A stretch of 64,000 nucleotides of DNA, taken from assembly GCA_034780895.1 (NCBI GenBank), contig JAUZTB010000135.1, positions 32,145,045-32,209,044 on the forward strand. The letters run 5' to 3'. Positions 1 through 11,100 of the stretch are shown here, one piece after another. The notes below the pieces were generated by a model that did no database searches, was not told where the DNA came from, and saw nothing but the letters and a program-made list of their open reading frames with translations. The stretch is from Rhynchobatus australiae (taxonomy: Eukaryota). Position 1 is the first letter of the stretch, and each line of letters starts with the position of its first letter. A program made the position numbers and the translations under genes.

Positions 1-670
1 GTTCCTAGGAGTGAACATCACCAATAGCCTGTCCTGGTCCAACCACATAGATGCCATGGCCAAGAAAGCTCACCAGTACCTCTACTTCCTCAGGAGGCTA
101 AAGAAATGTAGCATGTCCCATCGACCCTCACCAATTTTTATCGATGCACCATTGAAAGCATTCGATGCATCATGGCTTGGTATGGCAACTGCTCTGCCTG
201 TGACCACAAGGAACAGCAGAAAGTTGTGGATACAGCTCAGCACATCACAGAAACCAGCCTCACCTTCATGGACTCTGTTTATACCTCACGCTGCCTCAGT
301 AAACAGCCAGCATAATCAAAGACCCCACCCACCTCAGACATTTTCTCTTCCTTTTCCCTCTCCCATCAGACAGAAGATACAAAAGCCTGAAAGCACATAC
401 CCTGGCTCAAGGACAGCTTCTATCCCACTGTTATAAGACTACTGAATGGTTCCCTAGTACAATAAGATGGACTCTTGACCTCACACTCCACCTTGTTATG
501 TCCTTCCACTTTATTGTCTACCTGCACTGCACTTTCTCTGTAGCTGTTACACTTTATTCTGCATTGTTATTACTTTACCTTAATACATTGTGTAATGAAT
601 TGATCTGTATGAACGGTACGCAAGACAAGTTTTTCACTGCACCTCAGTATACGTGACAATAATAAACCAT
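1..670 (+). mobile_element. Rex1/Babar-like non-LTR retrotransposon 3' fragment (RT C-terminus plus 3' UTR)
   Basis: L.WSNHID...KKAHQYLYFLRRLKK motif, frameshifted; tail with aataaacc; related copy at 60860-61420. Confidence 0.75.
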
Positions 671-814
671 TTCCAATTCCTTTTAACACTCTACAGTAAA
701 TGCCCTTAGAAAGCATCAAGCAGCGATGTGAGTAGGTAGTCTGATTTTGTAATGCAGGATGAGGGATAAATGGTGGTCTAGACACCAAAGAGCTTTCAAC
801 TTTTCTGAGAATAG

Positions 815-1035
815 AGTTTTACACAGAGAGTAGTGGGTGCCTGGAACAGGCTGCTGGGGGTAGTGGTGGAAGCAGATACGATAGTGGTGTTCAGGAGGCT
901 GTTATAGATAAACATGAATACACAGGAAATGGAGGAATATGGATCACGTACAAGCAGAAGAGATTTCATTTAATTTGGTATTATGATCAGCACAGACATT
1001 GTGGGTCAAAGAGCCTGTTCCTGTGCTGTCCTATG
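815..1035 (+). mobile_element. CR1-like LINE 3' end
   Basis: gagtagtgggtgcctggaac...gtgggtcaaagagcctgttcctgtgctgt tail shared with many copies in the window. Confidence 0.7.
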
Positions 1036-1259
1036 AGTCTAGAGCCATGGGATCCTGTTTTGTAGACTGAGCCTTTGTTTAACATTTTGCTCAAAAGATG
1101 ACACTTCCAACAGTACTTCACCACTATACAGTGAGCGAGTGAAGCATCAGGCGGGAGTATTGATCAAGTCCCTAGAGTGGGAGCTCTAAAACCTTTGGAG
1201 ACAGAGGTGATAGAGCCAGCAACAAGCCAAGCTTCAAGATCTCACAGCGGGGGAGAAAA

Positions 1260-1362
1260 GACAGTCCAGATGAAGGGTCTCGACCTGAAACATCAACTGT
1301 CCACTTCCCTCAACAGATACTGCTTGACCTGCTGAGTTCCTCCAACATCTTGTTTCTTGTTC
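1260..1362 (+). mobile_element. Penelope-derived terminal repeat with minimal hammerhead-ribozyme-like fold
   Basis: GACAGT..CAGATGA-AGGGTCTCGACCT-GAAA-CATC..ACTGTC, followed by the family motif cctgctgagttcctcca. Confidence 0.65.
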
Positions 1363-4300
1363 AAGACCTGGCAAAAGCTTGTGGAATGTACAGCCCACGC
1401 TTTCACAATGTTGGTGGCAACAGTCATATGCATATGTTGCTCAAGAAAGATCAAGGAGTATTAACAATTATGTATCTTTTTGAATGCAGAGAGGCACAAG
1501 CTGACTTTCCTCTACCCCTCAGAGAGTTCTCAGATGACAGCATCAGCTTGTTCTTTTCAAATGCTGTGGGAAAGCAATGGGCAAATCACAGGACCCTTAT
1601 ACAAAATTAGTTCCAGAAACATGTCTGCAAGATTAAGGATCAGAAAGATTAAATTTACCAAAGTGTAAATATAGTCTAAAGTGCATTCACAGAGTTATGA
1701 TGCTAAAGTCCTCAATAAGTGTAATGCTCGTTTAACTATGATACCTAGAGCCAAAAACAAGTTTTATTGGTCTTGCTGACCCAGGTACAAGACAAATATG
1801 AGCTCAAATAAATTTTAACTCTAATTTACCCAAATTTCAGTATACAATACAAATAAAGGTCAACTACAACAAGAGGACTGTGTTGTGTGAAATCTACATC
1901 CACGTACATTTTGCGCACGAACCACAGAGAGTTCACCAGCATACTACCAACAGCAGCACAATACTTTGAATTTTCTACTGGAGCTATAACATTCAAATAT
2001 AGCCAGGCAGCAAGCTACACAGGGACAGGTAAAAGTAGGGTGGAAGAAAAAAAGCTAGAGATTATCCCCATACAATGCAAATTTATTTTACCCTACAGGG
2101 CAAGTTCCATAGCAGAAAACATTTGTCTCTGTTTTTAATCTGTTCCCTAAAATGTTCTTGTAAGTTCTGAACAGAATGTTTTTCTTTTAATTTCTTAACT
2201 TCTCAATTTTTTGGTAAAGAACATAACAGTCCTGTGAGTCATCAGAACTCCAAGAGGCCAAAGCAGATTACTCACAAATTGTTAAATTCTTCCCCACCAA
2301 TGGAATAAATATTGGATGCTCCAGCTCCCTATTATACAGCAGTGCCCTGACCTTAAAATCATGACTAGAATGTTAACTTTACAGAACATTAAAAGAATTC
2401 ATTTAATTTTCAAACCAGAATGATATGCAATTAATTTAATTTTGAATGTCTAGTGCGGTGTTTGTAACAACCACAAAACCGAGCACTAGGTATAATACCT
2501 TAAGTTGTGTACTCACAGTGCCCAAAATCTGGCAATGAGCTCCAGCTTCAGTTCTTTGGCAAGAAGAGGATATGAAGTTCCAATCATGAAAAGTATAGGA
2601 TTGATATTGATAATAAAACCATAGGAGAGATTTTAGCTTGCCCTGGCAGTTAAAATTGCACATGGAACTTGCTTGTTACGATCTCACTGCCTTTATGATG
2701 ACCGGATGGGCAAAAGGAGGGTTTCTGCCAGAAGGAGGGTTCTTTCTTTAAAATATGAAGGTTGAGCTTGGGTATCGCCATAAAGATGATGACTAGAGTA
2801 AGTTCCTTTGGCATTCCTATCATAAAGTCAACACAATGAGGAGAGCAGTCAGGTTGATGCAAAGTCTTTTACATGTTGATATTTTAGGCCATCTCTGACC
2901 CAGACTTCACTGGATTAAAAAGTACCTCAGAAGCTCCCTTCTAATCACTTCTCTGGGTGCAGCAACCATTGTGTCTGCTGCCTGTGATAACATGCTGCAT
3001 ATTGACATTCCATTCCCAAGAGTAGAATAGGGTCCATGCAGATGAGGCCCGCTCAAAGCTTTGCTGCCATCTAGAACTTTTAAAAAAGCCATAGTTTCAA
3101 GTTCAATATCAAACTATTCTTGCACTTTTACACAAACATTGTGGAAAAATTAATACTACCAAAAAGAAAAAGGCATCGCTATGACATTTACTGACACCAA
3201 ANNNNNNNNNNNNNNNNNNNNNNNNNNNNNNNNNNNNNNNNNNNNNNNNNNNNNAAATCAGCTACTATACTACAAGCAAAAAAAAACCCTCTTTAACAGG
3301 ATCTTAATCAATTGCTCCCAGTATGCTTTGAGGGCACTGTCATGTTTCATGTTCACTTCCTGGGAAGTGAATTTATGTAAACAGAAATGAATGGCTAACT
3401 CAACCATTAGACCATGGCTAGATTGAAAGTGACATGGTCACAATGCAGACATGTTGAAATGCAGCAAACACAAACCATGTCAGGTTCTGCACTACACTGG
3501 AGGTCAAGATTTGATTCACTGGAAAATGGGTGAAGCTTTTGTTCAATGAATAATGGGTGAAAAGGTGAATTTTGGCTTCCTTCCAAACCTAGAATTCCTC
3601 TGGACTATAAAACCATCATCAGCAGTGACTGAAAAACCTCAGCTAGCAAAACAAATTACCATGATTCACATCAGTCTCCACTGGACTACTTACCCTTGTT
3701 ACCAATGAAATTACCAGCAGGGGTAAAACTCTGTACATTTAATTCAAAAGATTCCAGCAAAAGAGACAAAGGATGAATCACATGATGGTATTTTAAAGTC
3801 TTCGAGCCACTGCAGATCTCTTGGTAGCTTAGGGCAATTTTTAAATAATAATCTGAAATAGTTGAATCTTGCCACTGTTTGCCAATTTTTTGATTTGCAA
3901 AGAAAAAAATTACAAGACATTTTCAAAGATATATTTTTTTTAATGAATCCTCCACCCAAGGACAAGCTCCTTCACTTTCAGCTTCGGCGCATCAAATCTC
4001 CCTCATTTAAGGTTACATTGTGGAGCTGCAAGTTTCATTGCATTCTGTCCTTGGTGAGTTCTAATGCTAAATCACCTTACCAAATCACAGCTGATCCCAC
4101 TTCCTATTTGCCCCAGTTCAAATCTACATTCCTGCTTCTGTCTCATTGCTACATGCTGACTCTTGCAACATTCCCACTCTTTTAAATCACCTCTTTCTCT
4201 AATGAACCTCATTTTCAGCCTTCAAAAATGTTACAAGGAGAAAAGGGGAGAAGAGAGAGCACAAACAGACAGAGAAAAAACAAACATATTACTGTTGCAG

Positions 4301-5237
4301 AAGATAGATTTGTGAAAGAATCTGTAAGCTTGAAGGATCACAAACATTAGGGGATACGTAACCAGTTGTCCATATTAAAAGTTATGACAGATTACAGTGT
4401 CCTGCACAGTGCTATCAAGTGCTTCCAATTGAGATTTTCAACTCAAGTTTATTAAAACATACAGAAAATCTGAGATAAAAACAAAACATGCAATAACTTT
4501 TATTTTAATTTGAAAAATTTGGCCCAAAATATCACTCCTCCCTCTTTAAACAAAAAGGGAGCTCCACAATCACAACACTTCTGGCATTACAGTTTCAGAT
4601 ATTTCCCAGTTTACACCCAAAGGTTTTGTAACAAGTTTCAATACAATTCAGAAACAAATGCCACGGCAAATCTATGACTCAGCAAGGTACTTTTGCTTGG
4701 TTACGCTGACATGCCAAAAGATCTTGTACAAACATTACAACTACAGACAATGCCTTCCACACCGTATTATGTCTGAAGTACTTCTGTTAAAACCTGATAC
4801 CGAGCCAAAATTGGAGACAGTAGCACAGACAGCCAGAGAGGAAGGTTTTAAGAGACTTGCTGTTATCGTTTTGCAATATATTTATGACAGCAATACCCTG
4901 GTCTGGTCCCATCCCTCAGTAATGACAGAATGTCACTCAGCCTACTTTGAGCCATGCAAATAAGCCCAACCGTCTGACTTGGGACAAACTAAGCCCCCCA
5001 AACACTACAATACACCCTTACCCCCACAAGTCGAGTTAGAGAGAAGGAATAAAGAAAAGATACTTCCCCCAGAAGCACCATCCCGCAGCCTCCATACTGA
5101 GCGGTAATAATATGATGCAGCAGGGAACACACAAGGCANNNNNNNNNNNNNNNNNNNNNNNNNNNNNNNNNNNNNNNNNNNNNNNNNNNNNNNNNNNNNN
5201 NNNNNNNNNNNNNNNNNNNNNNNNNNNNNNNNNNNNN

Positions 5238-6110
5238 NGGGGGGGGGGGGGGGGGGGGGGGGGGGGTGAGGTCAGGGGTCACGCGCACTCCCGCCCCCAC
5301 CCCACCCGCGCCAACCAATAGGAGGCGGCGGTGGGCGGCAAGCGCGGAGCGCACCTCCGGCCTGACCCCTATTGTCCTGCCCGTCCCTCCTCGCCGAGGG
5401 CTGGGTGTGGGAGGCAGGGCGCTGATTGGCGCTAGCGGCGCAGGGGGGGGCGGGTGCTGATTGGTGCTGGCGGCGCAGGGGGGGCGCTGATTGGTGCTCG
5501 CAGGGCCTAACGGTCACGGCGCCAGCCTGTGTCAGGGGAAGGAGGGGGATGGTGCTGTGACGCGTCGGCCCCCGCGGGGGAGGGGAGGGGAGGAGAGGGG
5601 GGGGGGAGAGCGAAGGGCCGCGGCCTCCCGCCGGTCCCTCATCGACGAGCGACGCCGATATCCGGCCTTCGGGAGACGACCCCACCCCTCCGCCGGCCGC
5701 CTCACCTTCCTCCTCCTCCTTCAGCGTTCCCTTCCCGCTCCGCCGCCTTTCAGCTGACGGAGCCGGCCGGCGGAAACGGCCCGCGGGCCCGCCCGCTGCT
5801 CAGCTCCCGGGGAACCATCCGGTCGCTCGGTATTAACCCGGTTAATTAATCCGCTGATTTATTTTATCGGGAGGGACGACGCCCGACGCGCTGACGTTAT
5901 CGGCGCGCGACTGATTGGGCCGGCCGTAAAGCTCGTTTCTTCACGACAGTTGGTGGCGGGCGGAGCAGCTGCCGTGACGGGGAGGGGACCGGCTCCGCAC
6001 TGGGGGAGTTCGGGGGGTGGGGGAAAAGTACAACGTGCCCCACCACCGAGGGAACTCAGCGGCTCAAGCAGCAGCGGTGGAGGGAGAGCGGGTTAGTATT
6101 AGGGGTCGGA
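5238..6110 (-). promoter_or_regulatory. CpG-island promoter with a non-coding first exon (donor GAAG|gtgagg at 5706/5705) of the next minus-strand gene, probably ZHX1 by synteny
   Basis: Very high GC/CpG, five CCAAT boxes, GC boxes and a strong donor; no credible ORF. Gene identity is inferred only from the human order ZHX1-ATAD2-NTAQ1. Confidence 0.65.
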
Positions 6111-7479
6111 ACTCTGCACCAGGACTTTTCAGCGCACTTCCCTCCATCCATCTGGCTGTTCATATAAATACCAAACAAGAACCAATAATATCGCTCCAGC
6201 CTAAAAAAGTGACCCATTTATTCCAACTCTTTGTTTTCCTCATGTAGCAGTTTCCAATCCATGCTAACACTTCCTCCAATACATAGGACTTTTCGTTTAT
6301 GCACCAGCCTATTTTGTGACCTTTCCTATATAATTTGGTTGTTTCCTCTTGATTATCGACTCCAGCATCGTGCCACTGTGTTAAACGGGCCTGCAGCTTC
6401 CAGACTTGTGTCCTTTTTGAATAAAGGAGTATGTTGATTGTTTCCATTTTTGACAGAAGTAGTGCAATCAATTGAAATGCCATTTTAAAAAGTATTCTTT
6501 GCCCAGCAAAAAACCCCAGAAAACCCAAAAATGTTTTTCGAAACGAATTAATCTCGTGATAGGTTTCTCCTCACAAAAAAAAGTTGAAAGTCATAGTCAC
6601 ACTCAATCCATCCAATTATTTACTAGAACCAAACAAGGACAGATCTATTTCCACAAAGGTTTGAAACAAAATGCTTAGTATTGCTATTTAATTGCACAGA
6701 TCCCAAAGTCTTCATATCCCCACATATTAATTCTGTGTAAATAGTTTGGCTCTAAATATTTCTTTAAAAAAAGGATCTGGGCTGGAATTTCAAGCAACTT
6801 AGTGTCAAGATGAAAAAGAAATTTCCATTTCAGAGGAGGTCAACATGATTCAAGTGATCTATATAGCAAGTAAACATTGCAAGTTAGAGATTTATATCAG
6901 TCTAAGCACATGGAGCAACATACAATCAATAAATGATTAGGCCACAGCCAGAATTTGTAAGCAGTTTTGATCAGCTCACAAAAGGAAGGACATGATTGCA
7001 ATGGAGAGAGTGCAGAGGAGATGCACCAGGATGTTGCCTGGAAAGGAAGGTTTAGGTTATTAAGAGAGACTGGATAGCCCATTTTCCTTGCAGCAGAGGT
7101 GGCCGAGTAGAGACCTGATGGATACATGGGGTCACTGCAAATTATGCATTGGTCCCAGGCATTGTTGCTGAGTCAGTCAAATCTCCCATGCCCGTAAAAA
7201 TAATTTAACAACATCCATCTAATGTCAACTGATTGAACCACATGTCCCAGCATCCTGTGGAGGGTGCTTCCTCCTAGTCTGATCTCTCTCCAAAACAAGC
7301 ACTGATCATTGAAACATTAACGCAAGATAACATTGTTTATCAAGGTTAAAGTCCTAACATAACAGAATACGATTCAAAGACTTGCTTCTTATTCCACTGT
7401 TTGTAATTAATCTTTTAGATCTTAGTGTTCTTCTGGTTCCAGACCTCCCTGTAATTACTTGCATTCTTAAATGGTGAAA

Positions 7480-7830
7480 TTTCTCCACTATACATTGGAA
7501 ATAGGGACTGGAAAGTCAATATATAGTGAGAAACTTTTCCCCCTAGCACAAGTATCTAAGACCAGAGGAAACAAGTTTAAGGAAGAGGTTTGGAGGGGTT
7601 CCAAGGAAGATTTTTTTCACCCAGAAAATGGTTGCAATCTGGAATGCACTAGCTGAGATGGTGGTAGAGAAAGGTATTTTTACAACATTTAAGCATCTGG
7701 ACAACACTTGAATCATCAATAGGATCAAAATCATTAAGGACCAAGTGCTGAGAAATGGGATTAGTATAGACTAATACTTAGCATTGAGATGGTGGGCCAA
7801 AGGACCTGTTTATGTGCCATACAACTGACT
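7480..7830 (+). mobile_element. CR1-like LINE 3' end
   Basis: KLFPL...TRGNKFK, FF..R...WNAL remnant plus conserved tail gggccaaaggacctgtt. Confidence 0.75.
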
Positions 7831-7875
7831 CTAAAATTACAGCATTAATAGGAGGAACAAGTTTTTTCATCAAAA

Positions 7876-7881
7876 TTTATT
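7876..7881 (-). terminator. Probable ATAD2 polyadenylation signal AATAAA
   Basis: tttatt on + strand about 230 nt after the stop, following an AU-rich 3' UTR. Confidence 0.6.
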
Positions 7882-8109
7882 ATTTTATACAAATTACAAG
7901 ATAGCAATTATAAACATATGGCAAAAGCTTTAACTCAACGTAACACTTCATTTTTTTGCTGGAATATATTTACATTAAAAATACAACTTGCTTTGGTTAA
8001 TAAATGGGAATAGTTTTAAATTGTTACAACCATTAACATTATTTAAAAACTAACCAGTCCAAAACAGTGACTAGAAACTCTATTCAAAGTCCATTCACAT
8101 TCAATGTGC

Positions 8110-8148
8110 TCAAGACTGACATAACTTCCTCACTTCATTTTCCATTTC
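8110..8148 (-). CDS. ATAD2: ATAD2 last coding exon ([12 protein letters not shown])
   Basis: Pyrimidine-rich acceptor ttttctcctgttctctag; resembles human KMEQEVENF; TGA at 8112-8110. Confidence 0.88.
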   Translation of the reverse strand, partial: EMENEVRKLCQS

Positions 8149-11100
8149 CTAGAGAACAGGAGAAAATGGACAGGCCATCAGGCAATGATATTCACTTACA
8201 CTTATTCTGAAATGTTACTGTTATAATATGTTCCAAACTTTAACTTAAAACAAATTTTCTATGACAAGTTCTTTAAGGCCATGTCCTTTTTGCCTAACCG
8301 AAGGTGATTTCCTCACTATAGACAGTTTTACAGAGGACAGTGCACTTCAGTTAATTCAAATAACTATCCTTGATCTGTCAGCACAACGTGCATCAAATAT
8401 GGGTCAAATTCTCATCCATTTTCAGTCATGAATACTTGCATTGTGGGTTCAAGCAATGTGAACTCCAGCTGAATTCCCTTCTGAATCCAGAGAAGTTGAA
8501 GGCAATTTCCATCTCTACCACTGACCCCACAGAGATTACAAAGCACTAGAGTGAATTTCAAACATTCAAGCTTATCAATCTAAATCTCAGAACAGGAATT
8601 CAAATTCTGAAATCTGGAAGAGGAAATAAGAGACCAAGGTTTTGGAGTAAAAATAGAAAATGTTGAAAACACTCAGCAGGTGAACTGTGGAAAGAAACAA
8701 TATTTCAGGCCCCAGACCCTGTCAGAATCACCCTTGTACACTGAATGGGGGAGGTGTTCTACAAAGCAGTAGCTCAATCTTCATTTGATTTCCACACTGG
8801 AATACACTAAATTGGCAGTACAAATAAATCAGTGCTTCAACTGCAAAATGCAGTGGACCCTTGAACAGCAGGAAATAGAGATAAAAGGATAGGTCTTGCA
8901 ATGGGAAGGTGCATAAGGGGAGTGGGTATTGGGACATGGAATAATAGAACTAGTGACCCAGAGGGAATGGTCCTTTCAGAGTACTAACAGGACCAGATGT
9001 GTCAGGTGGTGGCACCTCACTTCTCCATCCTATTAGACATTCCCTTCTTTCCTCCCCCACCTTGCTTTCCCTGCAACTTAAAATCATAACAAGCAGAAAG
9101 GGAATCAAGTTTAAGTGTAGGTAGGAGTGGGAAGCAAAGAAAAAGTTTGTCTAATCAACAACAGGCAACCAAGATATCCACTGATGTGATGAGGAGGGAG
9201 TCATTTGATTATAATCAGTAAACTATGTTCCTAAAAGACCATCTGTGATAGTTCTCATATTCATGACCTATCAAGGGAAAGAAATGTAAGGTACTGTTCT
9301 AAAAAGAAAATTTTTCATGGCAGGGGAATCCTGGAAAATTTGACACCAAGTGTACTATCATGTATGTCAGACTTTCAAAGTACAATAGTCACCTGATTTC
9401 TTTTTATTTCTATGTTTATAGTAAAGAACACTGCTATATTATCACTGACCTTCCCCCTTTCCAAGTTTCTGTACCTGCTTACTTTATTTTACTTAATTTC
9501 CTTTTCTGAAAAATCATTAATTTTGTTTGCTTTGTGGTTGCTGCTTGACCTGCTGAGTATTTCCAGTATTTCCCATTTTTACTCAGNNNNNNNNNNNNNN
9601 NNNNNNNNNNNNNNNNNNNNNNNNNNNNNNNNNNNNNNNNNNNNNNNNNNNNNNNNNNNNNNNNNNNNNNNNNNNNNNNNNNNNNNTCCAGTATTTCCCA
9701 TTTTTACTCAGTGATACTGTAGTCTTTCCAACCCAAAGTTATTTCTAAGGACATTTTAGACATCTAACACTAGTGCAAAATATTATTTCCCCACAAGTGT
9801 GTAATTAATCAAGAGATGAATTCATCCAACTTTAACCACAAACAATGCATCATAGTAAAGCCATTAAATACCAACTGTCAAGATATGAAAGAGTAAATGC
9901 ATTGTTTCAAAATACTTACACGTATTAACATAGTCTTATCAAACTCCTTACGATGATAATAGATGCATTGACTGAGCACAGCATACAATTTTTCAAGGCG
10001 AGTTACAGTGCATCCTTCACTTTCCAGAGTAATAAATTTCCAGAGATCCTGCATGTGAATCAAATTAAAGCACATATTTAGCAATGATTTGGTAGTAAAA
10101 AGATCTTACTTGACTGGATTCTACATATTTATCTTCTTGGAAATGCAGTTTCCCCATAACTAGACAACAAACTCCTTAGGACAAAAACAAAAGATAATAA
10201 AACTTGGATTAAAGAGCAATAGCCTTTACAATCAAGAAGTCATCCTCTAAATGTCTCGTAACAGCAAAATATCTTGACTGTTGCAGCATTACCTGACATA
10301 TTCACAGGCTTTATTTACATTTACTTACTTAAAATATCTGGTAAAAGTCTTATTACTTTTTCTGCATTAAAATCAATTAGTAAATTAAAATTCCTTAAGT
10401 TTCAGGCTTTTATTTGAAGAGGGAATACAAGGATAAGGAAAATTTAAGATTAATGCAGTTGACAGAACAAGTGAACCATGACAAGAGCTTATTTAAAAAC
10501 AAGATGCTGATAGCAATTGTCCATTTAAAAAGAACCTACCATTAGCCTTTCATGATCTACAATTACAGAAGGAGCATGTTCGGATAGGACCTTCATTGCT
10601 TTCTCAACGTTAATGTGTTGCTGCTGTTCCACCTGAACTCGCTTGCTCCGTGTCATATGCAAAATAGAGCAATTATCTGGGTGGGGAAATACAAATAGCA
10701 ACTTCAGTGGTGTTCATCATTCTCTGGAATTCCCATTCATCTTTAAGATTTTCATTAATTTAACTTCTAAAAGCATTTGCAACACCATTTACAACCTCCC
10801 CAAATTTGTGAATGTTGCCAAAAATGTGGGAGTTAAAGATACAAAACACAATAACTAGTTCAATCCCTTTCACACTGTTAGGGACATGCAAAGTGTAGAA
10901 ACCAGCAATTAAATGAGGGGTACATTATTTAGAAGGATAACACAAACATTACCACTCAGTCTAGTTCCATGTTTTCCCTCAATGAAGTAACACCAGATAA
11001 TGTCAGAAGCTATGTCTAGCATTCCTTCCTAGCTGGGGGAAGAATTGATAACATGCAATACAAATGAACAAGTATAAACTAAAGGAAAAGCAGCAAGTAC

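Noticed and set aside
5266-5849. Several overlapping 60-140 aa Gly/Pro/Arg-rich ORFs in the CpG island
   Set aside because: Expected from stop-codon scarcity in GC-rich DNA; no recognisable domain.
9560-9711. Direct repeats flanking ~100-N gaps (also ~12116/12236, 27099/27211, 27925/28061, 50052/50179, 52034/52149, 61623/61772)
   Set aside because: Near-identical sequence on both sides of fixed-size gaps indicates unmerged contig overlaps (assembly artefact), not TSDs or arrays.
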